Part shown: positions 39,081-48,992 of the stretch, piece by piece
Layout of the letters: the number at the start of each line of letters is the position of its first letter
Numbering within the stretch: position 1 is the stretch's first letter
Assembly (NCBI GenBank): GCA_029855935.1
Contig: JAGSHN010000019.1
Coordinates: forward strand, 1 to 64,000
From: Candidatus Thorarchaeota archaeon
GTDB taxonomy: Archaea; Asgardarchaeota; Thorarchaeia; Thorarchaeales; Thorarchaeaceae
Reading direction: 5' to 3'
DNA: 64,000 nucleotides
The notes under the pieces: model-generated
What the model was told of the DNA's origin: nothing
The model's input: the letters and a program-made list of their open reading frames with translations, nothing else
The model's database searches: none
Made by a program: the position numbers and the translations under genes

Positions 39081-39662
39081 CTATACCTTGCCCTGTTTCC
39101 AGTCGCCATGGGTCCAGAGTATCCTGTGATACTCTCTCATCAGCACATCTGGCCAGCTCCCTACAGACCTCAGAAAGATGTTGGCCGTCAGCGATACGTG
39201 GTCATCGCGTGCAAAGACCTCTAACTCGGGGCACTCGAACAGCGGTGATATGTCAATTCTCCGCAACTCGTTATGGTCGAGACGTATCTCACGTAGATGT
39301 GGACAGTCAGCCAGTGGTGTCAGGTCTATGCTCCGCAGCCTGTTGTGGCTCAGGTCAATCTCCCTGAGGGCCTTGCATCGTGACAGCGGTGTGAGATCGA
39401 GTTCCGTGATGCGGTTGTACTGCAGCCACAGGCTCTCCAGCTGAGGGCAATATACGAGGGGCCACAGGTCGATGCGTGCAATATCTCTCAGTTGGAGGTT
39501 GACCCTAGTGTCGTCCCGCCCGATGAGAATCTGAGTCTCAAGACCGCTCGTGGTGACGTACCTCACACTCACACTACGGTCGTCCTGCTCGACCCCGGCA
39601 ACCAGCCGCCCCTCTGGGTCGCTGTCATTCCTCTCGTGTTCTTGTTGATTGATGCGCATCAA
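39081..39662 (-). CDS. Short leucine-rich repeat protein
   Basis: IDLWPL/LDLTPL/IDISPL repeats. Confidence 0.9.
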   Translation of the reverse strand: MMRINQQEHERNDSDPEGRLVAGVEQDDRSVSVRYVTTSGLETQILIGRDDTRVNLQLRDIARIDLWPLVYCPQLESLWLQYNRITELDLTPLSRCKALREIDLSHNRLRSIDLTPLADCPHLREIRLDHNELRRIDISPLFECPELEVFARDDHVSLTANIFLRSVGSWPDVLMREYHRILWTHGDWKQGKV

Positions 39663-39778
39663 CTCATAGTCTGGACAAACAGTATATCAATCCTGTCAAT
39701 CCCACTCTCAGGCTGTGTGAGCGCAACTGGGGCTCTGATGATCGTGCGGTGCCTGAGCATATCCTCTCTTCGCGTCCC

Positions 39779-40438
39779 TCACATCAGACTCATTCTCTCT
39801 CTCAGGTACTCGAGACCCCTCTCCAGAGTGAACAGGCGTCTGAAGTCTCCTCTCTCCTCAGCCTCTCTGATCTCCTCGATGAAGGCCTTCTCGACCTTCT
39901 CACAGAGTCTGAATCTCAACGTCTCATCGACGATATGTGCGTTGTCGGGGCTTGGATACAGGTCTGCAAGCTCAGCATAGATTCTATTCTTGATGTTCTC
40001 GACAACACGCTGTGGGTCCATCTCCTCCGGAGTGCGTGTCCAGTGGACAGCACGCCTGCGTCGCAGTCCGTCGAGTGGACGTGGTCTGGGTCCGCTGGTT
40101 CCAATCTCGTAGTCGGCACGGATGACGACTGCAGGATCGACCTCTATTGTGGAGAGGTGTGGACAGGAGAACAGCGGGGTGACGTCAAGCTCTGTCAGAG
40201 GGTTATTGATGAGATTGAGACTTGACAGTCTCTTGCATCGGATTAGTGGCCACAGGTCAATCTGAGTCAGGCTGTTGTTGGACAGGTCTAGTGACCTCAG
40301 TTCCGTGCACCTAGCTAGGGGTGCAAGATCGATACTGGTGATGTGACGGTATGAGAGGTCGATGGCTGTGATCTCAGGCTCCAGACGGAGGATGTCCTCG
40401 CCGCGCCTCGTCCTGTACCTGAGCAGAATTGTTTCCAC
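39779..40438 (-). CDS. Short leucine-rich repeat protein with helical C-terminus
   Basis: IDLAPL/IDLWPL/LDVTPL repeats. Confidence 0.9.
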   Translation of the reverse strand: METILLRYRTRRGEDILRLEPEITAIDLSYRHITSIDLAPLARCTELRSLDLSNNSLTQIDLWPLIRCKRLSSLNLINNPLTELDVTPLFSCPHLSTIEVDPAVVIRADYEIGTSGPRPRPLDGLRRRRAVHWTRTPEEMDPQRVVENIKNRIYAELADLYPSPDNAHIVDETLRFRLCEKVEKAFIEEIREAEERGDFRRLFTLERGLEYLRERMSLM

Positions 40439-40607
40439 GGTCCTCGGCCTCCTCTTGGTAGATGAATCAATTGATAATTATATCGTCTAATGTTAAGACA
40501 CACTCTATAATAATCTATTGCAATGTGCTGGACGACGCGGACAACGAGACGCACCACACAGTGACGTAGCCGATATTGAACAAGTGCTCAGCACGAGGGT
40601 CTCGGTC

Positions 40608-41612
40608 TCAGTCGGTGCCATCTTGCCTACTCTGGGCGGACCTGGCATAATAGGGCGACATGCTGAGCATTCTTCTTCTGATGTACCAACGTACGAGCGG
40701 AATGAACCACCGACGCCACCCAAGCGATCTCCGCAGGTCCTCCAGATAGTCATCGTAGGTCCTTGTCTGATATTGTAGCAGTGCCTGTGACTCTGTGGTG
40801 TCCATAAAGTCAGTATGATAGTAGTCCTCGTCTCTATCAGGCACTATGAATGCCTCTTCCGGTAGCATGCCAATTCCCATCGCCTCAAGAGCACGCTTGA
40901 TGAACTCCCTGTACGTCATCCGGCACCGTTCACCTCCTGCTATGAGGAGGACCCTGCCGACTACGTCTGCTGTAACTGCATTGGTGATGGCGAGACCCAC
41001 ATCACGGGGGTGCACGAACTCGACTCGCTGACTCAGTGGCACGTGAAACATCTCACTGCGCCTCGACCGGGCGAGCCAGTCATAGTCCACTGCTGGGGCC
41101 GCGCTCAGCCTCAGGACGACCCACTGTAGACCACTCTCCCTGACTAGCCGTTCAGCCTCAATCTTTGTTTCAGAGTAGACATCGACGGCCACCTGTGGAT
41201 CAGTCGCCGTCTTCGGTGGTCCTCTCCCAGTGGAGTGGCCATAGGTTGCGACTGAACTTGTGTATATGAGCCTAGGGGGTTGTTCGAGATCTCGTGCCGC
41301 CTCAACGACATTTCTGGTGCCTCCAACGTTGACAGCCCTAGTCAGTTCTGGTTGCTCCTCCGACGCTGGGGGCAGGACTGCAGCAAGATGCACTATACAG
41401 TCGACATCTCTGACTGCATCTCTCACGTCCTCAGGCGATCTGATGTCGCCCCATATCACATCCACTCTGTCCAGATGCCTTAGGCGGCGGGCACGGCGCT
41501 CATTGGTCTCTGTCCGGAGATCGAAGGCCATCACGGTGTTTCCCTGCTCAAGCAGCTGCGGGACAGTGTTCTGTCCGATGTTTCCCAGTGCACCAGTCAC
41601 CAGTACGCGCAT
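40608..41612 (-). CDS. NAD-dependent epimerase/dehydratase (extended SDR)
   Basis: TGALGNIG, HLAA, YSETK. Confidence 0.93.
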   Translation of the reverse strand: MRVLVTGALGNIGQNTVPQLLEQGNTVMAFDLRTETNERRARRLRHLDRVDVIWGDIRSPEDVRDAVRDVDCIVHLAAVLPPASEEQPELTRAVNVGGTRNVVEAARDLEQPPRLIYTSSVATYGHSTGRGPPKTATDPQVAVDVYSETKIEAERLVRESGLQWVVLRLSAAPAVDYDWLARSRRSEMFHVPLSQRVEFVHPRDVGLAITNAVTADVVGRVLLIAGGERCRMTYREFIKRALEAMGIGMLPEEAFIVPDRDEDYYHTDFMDTTESQALLQYQTRTYDDYLEDLRRSLGWRRWFIPLVRWYIRRRMLSMSPYYARSAQSRQDGTD

Positions 41613-41641
41613 ACCTACACCGAGCCCAGTCTACTAATTAG

Positions 41642-41659
41642 TATTTCGGCGACGAAATA
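41642..41659. promoter_or_regulatory. Palindromic operator between divergent SDR and MarR genes
   Basis: TATTTCG-GCGA-CGAAATA perfect 7-bp inverted repeat; degenerate second site ~41664-41682. Confidence 0.65.
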
Positions 41660-41745
41660 TTGGATATCGAACAAAACGAAATGCTATTATCCGGGCCTGT
41701 GCCACTTGTTGTTCGCACCCCTTGCGATGGACGAGGTAGCGTCTG

Positions 41746-42180
41746 ATGGCGGATGATCGTGAGCGTCTCCTCTACGAGTTTGTGGGACTTCTCAGAGAGC
41801 TCAGCAGGATGAGATCGTTCTTTGTGATTGAGGGTCTCACCCTTGAGGAGTTCATGGTCCTAGATGAGGTCTCCGAGTCGGGGCCCTGTGTGATGCGTGA
41901 CATTGCCACGGCACTGTCTCTTCCCCCAAGCACCGCCACGGGGATAGTGGATCGCCTCGTGGAGAAGGACTATGTCCGGAGACGTCACTCCGACCGTGAC
42001 CGCCGAAGGGTGATCGTCGAACTGACGCCAGCAGGACTCTCCGCATACAACAAGTTTCGGGACAGAGCTCTGGCTCAGGTGGAGGACTCTGTGAGACATC
42101 TGAGCAATGGCGACCTGCAGGCACTAATGAAGATAATACGCAAGATACTGGACCGTGCTGGAGAGCGGATGCAGTCCTGA
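41746..42180 (+). CDS. MarR-family regulator
   Basis: STATGIVDRLVEKDYVRR...DRRRVIVELTPAG. Confidence 0.94.
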   Translation: MADDRERLLYEFVGLLRELSRMRSFFVIEGLTLEEFMVLDEVSESGPCVMRDIATALSLPPSTATGIVDRLVEKDYVRRRHSDRDRRRVIVELTPAGLSAYNKFRDRALAQVEDSVRHLSNGDLQALMKIIRKILDRAGERMQS

Positions 42181-42327
42181 TGGGAGCCTTGGCCAAGGTT
42201 GAGGACGGACATTTTCTCCGACGAGATGTGTTCGTCTATCTGCCAGGACAGTCCGTACCAGAGAAAGAAAATGAGGATGGAGGCGATGAGTCTGAGACTC
42301 ACCGCTCCATATACTGGGAGTCCTGTT

Positions 42328-44145
42328 CTACGGTACAGTCAGGGTCTCGGATGTCTCCACGTTGTCCGCGGAGTTATAGGTGTATCCCGTCTTGACGAGA
42401 TTGGTCACAGTGGATGTGTACGTGCCGGTCCCGCCACGCTGATACACGAACGTCACAGTTCCATCCGTCCCCGTGTCTGCGTTACCAGTGGCATGCGAGC
42501 CATCAGGTAGTGTCATATCCAAGTAGACGGTCACGCCCGAGAGTGGCGAGCCAGTTCCGTCGTGGACTGTCACCTTGGTGTAGACATCGTACCAGACGAA
42601 GATCCAGAAGCCGCCCTTCTGATACCACATGTCGATGCTGGCGACATGCATTGTGTTGGCAGATCCTTCCTCTGTGGTCGCAGAGGCTGGATCAGACTTC
42701 TCACCCTCGTTGCCTGAGGTGTCGACCGCTGAGACCTCGTAGGTGTAGGTTGTGCCTGGGGACAGACCTGAGTCGGTGTAGGTCGTGTCCGTAGTCTCGG
42801 CAATCTTGGTGCCGTCACGGTAGACGTTGTAGTGGTCGAGGTCCGACTCGGTGTTGGCATCCCACGTCAGCTTGATCTGGGTTGACGACAGGGTCGTTGC
42901 GGTCAGGCCGGTCACCTTGGCTGGTGGGGTCGTGTCAGGGGGTGTGCTGCCACCGCCCGCAGCGTCCACTGCAGCTGGGGCGTTGACCTCACCATATCCG
43001 TACCGTTCGTCCCAGCCGGAAGGTCCGAGGTCGGTGGATGTCGTGTGGAGTATGTCCCTCACCTGGGCGGGCGTCAGGTCATGATTGGCACTCAGTATCA
43101 GTGCAACGACGCCAGCGACCATCGGACAGGCCATTGAGGTACCGCTCATCGTGTCATAGTTCTTGCTGTAACCGTACCACCAGCTGGTGAGTGTCACCGA
43201 GTAGGTGGGCATCGTGCTATATATGTCGACACCGGGAGCGACAACCTCCTGCTCAGGGCCGTAGTTGCTGAAGCTTGCGAGCTGATGGTCCTTGTCAATT
43301 GCTCCCACTGCGATGGCGTTATCGTATGCTGCAGGATAGGATATCTGGTTCTTGCCGTCATTGCCTGATGCTGCAACGACAACTATGCCGGCATTGTATG
43401 CGCGGTTGACCGCATCATTGAATGCCGAGTCGTAGCTACCACCGCCAAGGCTCATAGAGATGACGTCCATCCCGTTGTCTATCGCCCAGTCTATGCCGGC
43501 GATGATGTCACTTGTGTAGCCTGAGCCGTAGGCATCGAGTACACGGACAGCATAGATCGAGGCGTGGGGTGCAACTCCTATGACTCCCTCACCATTGTCC
43601 TCTGCCGCGACAATTCCCGCGCAGTGCGTGCCATGGCCATTTTCGTCCTTCGGGTCGTTGTCATCATCGACAAAGTCGTGACCGCCCGCGTAGACATCGT
43701 CAAGGTCGGGGTGCGTGTAGTCAATTCCGGTGTCCAGTATGGCGACCTTCACGCCACTACCATCCGGATTCCCTTGGACCACGTCGACAGCATCCTCGGC
43801 TCCGCCCCAGACCTGTTCGGCGTCCACATCGTCGACACCCCAGTCCAGGGTGTCTTGGAACAGACTGACTCTGTGGTCAATCTGGATTGACGACACGAAC
43901 CACGCATGTTCGAGTGTATGGTACAGCGCCATGGGGATTCGTGCGGCCATACCGTTCAGCACACTGTATTCTTGATACACATCTATTCCCGCTATGTTGA
44001 CCTCTACTCCCGGTTTGAACAGAATGACCGCGTTGACATAGCGATCAGTCTGTGGCGACCGATTAATCGCGACGAGCGCGTTGGAGAAAATGAGTACTGA
44101 GATCACCACAGCGGAGAACAGAACCGCTCTCTCTCTTCTCCTCAT
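42328..44145 (-). CDS. Secreted subtilisin-like S8 protease with FN3 and Ig-like C-terminal domains
   Basis: Catalytic triad motifs ILDTG, HGTHCAG, GTSMACP; signal peptide and propeptide; FN3 (LTW...YTDSGL..GTTYTYEVSAVD). Confidence 0.96.
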   Translation of the reverse strand: MRRRERAVLFSAVVISVLIFSNALVAINRSPQTDRYVNAVILFKPGVEVNIAGIDVYQEYSVLNGMAARIPMALYHTLEHAWFVSSIQIDHRVSLFQDTLDWGVDDVDAEQVWGGAEDAVDVVQGNPDGSGVKVAILDTGIDYTHPDLDDVYAGGHDFVDDDNDPKDENGHGTHCAGIVAAEDNGEGVIGVAPHASIYAVRVLDAYGSGYTSDIIAGIDWAIDNGMDVISMSLGGGSYDSAFNDAVNRAYNAGIVVVAASGNDGKNQISYPAAYDNAIAVGAIDKDHQLASFSNYGPEQEVVAPGVDIYSTMPTYSVTLTSWWYGYSKNYDTMSGTSMACPMVAGVVALILSANHDLTPAQVRDILHTTSTDLGPSGWDERYGYGEVNAPAAVDAAGGGSTPPDTTPPAKVTGLTATTLSSTQIKLTWDANTESDLDHYNVYRDGTKIAETTDTTYTDSGLSPGTTYTYEVSAVDTSGNEGEKSDPASATTEEGSANTMHVASIDMWYQKGGFWIFVWYDVYTKVTVHDGTGSPLSGVTVYLDMTLPDGSHATGNADTGTDGTVTFVYQRGGTGTYTSTVTNLVKTGYTYNSADNVETSETLTVP

Positions 44146-44340
44146 CTACATCACCAGTGTCCTGTGCTGCGATCAGGACATTTCCAATCTCTCATCCAAT
44201 AGATGAGATGATGCAGTAATGACTAATCTGATATTTAAAGACACTGGCAAAAACTGCACGCGTCTCGAACGTCGCACAGACGCACCCAGTTGTGTTCTTA
44301 GTGAGTGGGTCAGCTCGCTGGTGGAGTCGCCCGTTCAATA

Positions 44341-45531
44341 TCAGCGCTCCATATCGCGGAGCGGGGTCTCGACCACATACGACCGGTCGTTTCTCCAGCC
44401 ACTCTCTGGGTCATAGTTCTCGTGATAGAAGAAGTACGTGTAAGAAGAGTCGAGCTGAAGCTGATAGACGTGGACATCTCTACAGTGCTCCCAGAAGAAC
44501 TCGGAGATCTCAGGAGCGAATGATGGCGGTGTCATCGAGTAGAGCAGGAAGTCGTTGCCGTTGGTCACGCCCTTCATCTCGAAGGGTATGGCGCCGCTGT
44601 CGATGAACCAGTGGAAGGTCCGGGCATTGAGTTCTCCCTCTGTGTCGAACGTGCCGATGATCAGTTGCGGATACGTGAGGTCAAAGATTGTCCGGTCGTA
44701 GTAGAGGATGTCCTTAGGAGCAAAGAGCCTTCTGATTCGTTCGACGCGTCGTGAGATGGTCGTGGCATCTCTGTCATAGACCTCGGCCAGTCGAGTGAAG
44801 TTCGGATGGGCGTTGATTGTCAGTTCGCGCAACAGCTGTAGGTCGAGCAGGTCTATGGACTCAGGTGGGGTCGGCCTGTCCTCGGGTGGGCTCTTGTCAG
44901 GACAGCGCTCAAGGAACTCACTCCAGATGGACTCGACACGACTCAGACGAATCCCTATGGCTGACTTCCTCCCGTACTCGATCTCCCATCTATTGGTCTT
45001 GATGTCCCAGCGCTGGAGGTCGGCACCACGACCTGCAACGAATCTCGACTCGATGACTCTATAGTCCTCGCACGCGCCTCTCTCAACAAGAGCGTTGTAC
45101 AGGTCACGTATCATGATGTCTGTCTGAGGCGGGATGTCAAACTGGGCGTACAACACAGCCTCGTCTCCAAAGGCGACGACACGATAATGGGTGTGTGGAT
45201 GGACATCGCAGAGTCGTTTGAGCCTGTTCAGCTGGTCCCTTGTCTGTATCCCTAGGAAGATAATATGGTGCCTAAGCAGGCCGAGGCTACTGGGGACGTA
45301 GGCGGCCTCGACCTCCGTCTGGAGACGCTCTCCCAGTAGCGGATCGGTTATCACCCTGCTGGGACGTAGAACTCCTCTCTCACGCAGTTTCATCAGGCGG
45401 AGTCGGACTGTCTCTGGTGCGACACCCATCTTCCTTGCTATCTGTGTGTTGCTCAGTGAAGGTTCCTGTTCGAGGGCCAGCAGAATCTTGAGGTCCCTAC
45501 TATCAATGTGTGTCGACGTGGAGGCCACCAT
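44341..45531 (-). CDS. Double winged-HTH (Lrp/AsnC-like) regulator, module 2
   Basis: DLKILLAL...SNTQIARKMGVAPETVRLRL; second HTH DLQLLRELTINA...TTISRRV; HPHTHYR parallels HPYTAYR in 36507-37637. Confidence 0.85.
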   Translation of the reverse strand: MVASTSTHIDSRDLKILLALEQEPSLSNTQIARKMGVAPETVRLRLMKLRERGVLRPSRVITDPLLGERLQTEVEAAYVPSSLGLLRHHIIFLGIQTRDQLNRLKRLCDVHPHTHYRVVAFGDEAVLYAQFDIPPQTDIMIRDLYNALVERGACEDYRVIESRFVAGRGADLQRWDIKTNRWEIEYGRKSAIGIRLSRVESIWSEFLERCPDKSPPEDRPTPPESIDLLDLQLLRELTINAHPNFTRLAEVYDRDATTISRRVERIRRLFAPKDILYYDRTIFDLTYPQLIIGTFDTEGELNARTFHWFIDSGAIPFEMKGVTNGNDFLLYSMTPPSFAPEISEFFWEHCRDVHVYQLQLDSSYTYFFYHENYDPESGWRNDRSYVVETPLRDMER

Positions 45532-45591
45532 TGCTCTGTCTTCCTGTCAGATGTTTCATCGGGCTTTGGAGGGGACGTTGTATTGTGCTCC

Positions 45592-46101
45592 TCAACGGAC
45601 CCCGAATGTCGGCTTTCCGCCCTCACTTCCGCCTGGCGGGTCGAACACGTAGTGTTTGTAGTCATATGGGGTCCCAGGTGTGTAGAGTATGGCGTGGACA
45701 TAGACGGTGTAGTCGCCGGACTCTGTGGCGTGATTGAAGAACAGATTCTCTATCGTCACTGTGTCATAGAATGCGAGCACGTAGACTATGTACGAGTAAT
45801 TGGTCCCCGAGGGTAGCTGTAGGGTGATCAGGTAAGCGAACCGGCAGTACGGGAAGAGGCCCTCGATGTCGAACCGTGTGATCACGAGGACATCATCGGA
45901 GAACGAGTCGTGGTCGAGGTCAGTGTAGGTCGCATATGTTATCGTCACAGTGATAGTCGGCTCGGTGCTGTCAGAGGAGTCGTCGGTGGAGGCCGCATAC
46001 GCGGGCTGGACTCCAAGCAGCGCGAAGACCGTGAGCACTAGCAGGCCCGCCACGAGCGCTCTTGATTTCATCCCTCTCGGCGGGGTAAGCATCTCTCTCA
46101 T
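45592..46101 (-). CDS. Secreted beta-sandwich protein with DxDxD motif, module 2
   Basis: Signal peptide; DLDHDSFSDD, LPSG, TESGDY, FDPP. Confidence 0.75.
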   Translation of the reverse strand: MREMLTPPRGMKSRALVAGLLVLTVFALLGVQPAYAASTDDSSDSTEPTITVTITYATYTDLDHDSFSDDVLVITRFDIEGLFPYCRFAYLITLQLPSGTNYSYIVYVLAFYDTVTIENLFFNHATESGDYTVYVHAILYTPGTPYDYKHYVFDPPGGSEGGKPTFGVR

Positions 46102-46253
46102 CTCTTGCCTCCTCTCAAGTAGGCTGCACGCTGGTATGGCAAGATGGCTATATATTGGTTTTGGGAGAAACTGCGTTGCAGCTGGCAGTGCCGTACTACT
46201 GAGGGACCGTCAGCCGTGCTTGTCGAGGAGCGGAGGGGCGGACAGTAGCCGCC

Positions 46254-47510
46254 TCATGTCCCCTCGGCATATGCTCTGGCGTAGGCCTCCTGTTCCTCCG
46301 TCCACTCATCTATCTCTATGCCCATCGTGTGGAGCTTCATCAGGGCGGTCTGTTGGTCCAGCTCGTGCGGGAAGTCGTAGACCCCAGGTTCCAGCTCCTT
46401 GCCGTGTCGGGAGAGCCAGAGCATCGCATTGAGCTGCCCTGCAAAGCTGAGGTCCATTACCTCACTGGGATGTCCGCTTGCTGCAACAAGATTCACTAAT
46501 CGGCCCTCTGCCAGCAGATAGATGGTCCTGCCGTCCTTGAGCGTGAACTCCTCAAGAGCGTGACGCACCCTCTTTCGCGAGACACTCATTGCCACCAGAT
46601 CGGGCTCGTTGATCTCCACATTGTAGTGGCCAGCATTACCGAGCACGGCGCCGTCCTTCATCAGCTTGATGTGCTCGCCTGTGATGACATCCTTCATCCC
46701 GGTCGCCGTGATGAACAGGTCGCCCTCGCGTGCAGCGTCCCTCATTGGCATCACACGGTAGCCATCCATTCGTGCCTGCAGAGCTCTGACCGGGTCGACC
46801 TCCGTCACGATGACATCAGCGCCCAGCCCTCTTGCACGCATCGCGAGGCCTCTGCCGCAGTAGCCATAGCCCGCAATCACGACGGTCTTTCCTGCAATCA
46901 GTATCTCTGAGGCCCGGAGGACCCCATCAAACGTGCTCTGTCCCGTCCCGTAGACGTTGTCGAACATGTGCTTTGTGTCAGCGTCGTTGACGGCCATTAT
47001 CGGATACTTCAGTACGCCGTCCTCGGCCATCGCTCTGACCCTGATCACACCGGTCGTGGTCTCCTCGGAGCCGCCGTACAGATTCGGTATGAGATTCTGA
47101 TGCTTGTTGTGCAGTGTGAAGATCAGGTCGGCGCCATCGTCAAGCGTCAGGTGCGGCTCTATCTTCAGAGTCTGGTCGATGCACCAGTAGTACTCCTCGG
47201 TGGTGAGGCCGTTCCACGCAAAGACCGAGACATCGTTTGCAGCAAGGGCGGCGGCGACCCTGTCATTCGTCGACAGGGGATTGCATCCACACCAAGCCAC
47301 CTGCGCGCCCAGCTCTCGGAGGGTCTCCACCAGCACTGCTGTCTCCTTTGTCACGTGAAGACAGCCCGAGATTCTGAAGTCCCTCAGCGGCTTCTCCTTC
47401 GAGTACTTCTTCCGCAGATGCATCAGCACTGGCATATGCTTCTCAGCGTAGTCAATCAGCCTCCGGCCCTCTTCGGCCAGTGAGATGTCCTTCACCTTGT
47501 AGTCCGTCAT
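46254..47510 (-). CDS. ahcY: Adenosylhomocysteinase
   Basis: GCLHVTKET, CNPLST, LDDGADL, EETTTG, KHMFDN.YGTGQS, EGRLVNL...GHP. Confidence 0.97.
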   Translation of the reverse strand: MTDYKVKDISLAEEGRRLIDYAEKHMPVLMHLRKKYSKEKPLRDFRISGCLHVTKETAVLVETLRELGAQVAWCGCNPLSTNDRVAAALAANDVSVFAWNGLTTEEYYWCIDQTLKIEPHLTLDDGADLIFTLHNKHQNLIPNLYGGSEETTTGVIRVRAMAEDGVLKYPIMAVNDADTKHMFDNVYGTGQSTFDGVLRASEILIAGKTVVIAGYGYCGRGLAMRARGLGADVIVTEVDPVRALQARMDGYRVMPMRDAAREGDLFITATGMKDVITGEHIKLMKDGAVLGNAGHYNVEINEPDLVAMSVSRKRVRHALEEFTLKDGRTIYLLAEGRLVNLVAASGHPSEVMDLSFAGQLNAMLWLSRHGKELEPGVYDFPHELDQQTALMKLHTMGIEIDEWTEEQEAYARAYAEGT

Positions 47511-47594
47511 AGTCTCATCCTGCCGTGACTCGCGGGCACAGTCATATTAGTGTTACATCACTGTCGGGAATCAATTGCACGGTGTTGTCCCGCA

Positions 47595-48539
47595 ATGAAG
47601 CAGAAGATTACTAGCGATGAACAGAGGTTACTGTGGCTTCTCGTCCGGAACGCGAGGACGCCTCTGACCGTGGTCGCCGAACAGGTCGGTCGCGGTCGTA
47701 ACTGGGTCGCACGGACGGTACGTCGTCTTGCAAGGACCGGTGTGATCCGGGCCTATACCACAGTCGTGAATCCGCTGGCGGGCCACATAGAACGCAGCAC
47801 GATACTCCTTGTGAAGACGAATCCACGTGAGACTCATCTGAGTGGTGCATTGCTCAGAGTCCCAGACATCGAGTCCCTTGACGGGATCTCGGGGGAACAC
47901 TCCCTGCTTGGGCTCTTCAGGTTCTCCAGCGCAACATCGTTTCGCGACTTCCTCGACCTTGTTGACAGTACGATAGCACGCAGCTCGTGGAAGACCTACT
48001 CACTCGTGCAGGTCCTCGCGACATACAAGACCAGGGGTTTTGAGGTGATGGCCCCTCCGCGAGTCAACTCGCCTCTCTCGGCCACTGACCTTGAGATACT
48101 GCGCATAGTCCGTCGTCAGACTCCCTCCCCTGAGAGACCGTTCCCGCTCTCGCAACGCGACATCGGTTCACGGCTGAGGCGACCACTGAGCCAACCGGCT
48201 GTGTCCAAGGCACTCGGGCGTCTTGAGTCAAGTGGTGTCATCCTCGGGTACTCTGTGGACATACCATTCCAGTATCTGGGCCTGCCAATCAAGTTCTTCG
48301 TGCAGATCAAGGCCTCCCCCGGGACAATTGCTGACACTGCACGCACCATTGCCGCAATCGAGGAGGTGTGGGACCTGCACAGGACGAGTGAGTCGTACAG
48401 TCTGTTTGCCACTGTCAGGACATCAAGTATCGACGACTACAATCGCTTCCTGCGCAGGCTCTATGGCGACGAGAATGTTCTCGACACTCACTCATACATC
48501 TCGCTTGAGGAGTGGCCGCTGCCTGCTCATAGTGGTTGA
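47595..48539 (+). CDS. Tandem Lrp/AsnC regulator divergent from ahcY
   Basis: Two HTH-plus-ligand-domain units (GVIRAYT; GVILGYS). Confidence 0.88.
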   Translation: MKQKITSDEQRLLWLLVRNARTPLTVVAEQVGRGRNWVARTVRRLARTGVIRAYTTVVNPLAGHIERSTILLVKTNPRETHLSGALLRVPDIESLDGISGEHSLLGLFRFSSATSFRDFLDLVDSTIARSSWKTYSLVQVLATYKTRGFEVMAPPRVNSPLSATDLEILRIVRRQTPSPERPFPLSQRDIGSRLRRPLSQPAVSKALGRLESSGVILGYSVDIPFQYLGLPIKFFVQIKASPGTIADTARTIAAIEEVWDLHRTSESYSLFATVRTSSIDDYNRFLRRLYGDENVLDTHSYISLEEWPLPAHSG

Positions 48540-48616
48540 CGCCACTTGGCTGTGAGCGCTGACGGAGGATCAACTTGGTCTTCCGTGCTCACACAGCGTG
48601 CCCCCAAGTTGGCCCA

Positions 48617-48988
48617 TCAGTAGATGACCATGTCCTCACGACTCAGATAGGCCATCTCGAACTCGCCGGTCAGACGGAGGACATTTCGAGGGCAGGACTC
48701 GACGCACTGGTTGCACAGTGTGCATCGGTCGAAGTGACAGATTGGACGGTAGCCGGTCTTTGTCTTCACGTCCTCAGGCCGACACTCTATCATCTCAATT
48801 GCGCCGGAGGGGCATACTCTCTCGCAGATCTTGCAGCCGGTGCACTTGGCGGGCTCGGCGTACTCCCAGCGTCCTCTCAGCCCCTTGGGGATATTCAGTC
48901 CCCTCTTTGTCGCCGGATATACCACGGTGGCAGGCTTGGACACAGCACCCCTCAGCAGCTCTCTCTCCATCTTTCCGAGTCTTGGCAT
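48617..48988 (-). CDS. Hydrogenase NuoI-like 2[4Fe-4S] subunit
   Basis: PATVVYP, CTGCKICERVCP, CTLCNQCVESCP. Confidence 0.93.
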   Translation of the reverse strand: MPRLGKMERELLRGAVSKPATVVYPATKRGLNIPKGLRGRWEYAEPAKCTGCKICERVCPSGAIEMIECRPEDVKTKTGYRPICHFDRCTLCNQCVESCPRNVLRLTGEFEMAYLSREDMVIY

Positions 48989-48992
48989 CTTC

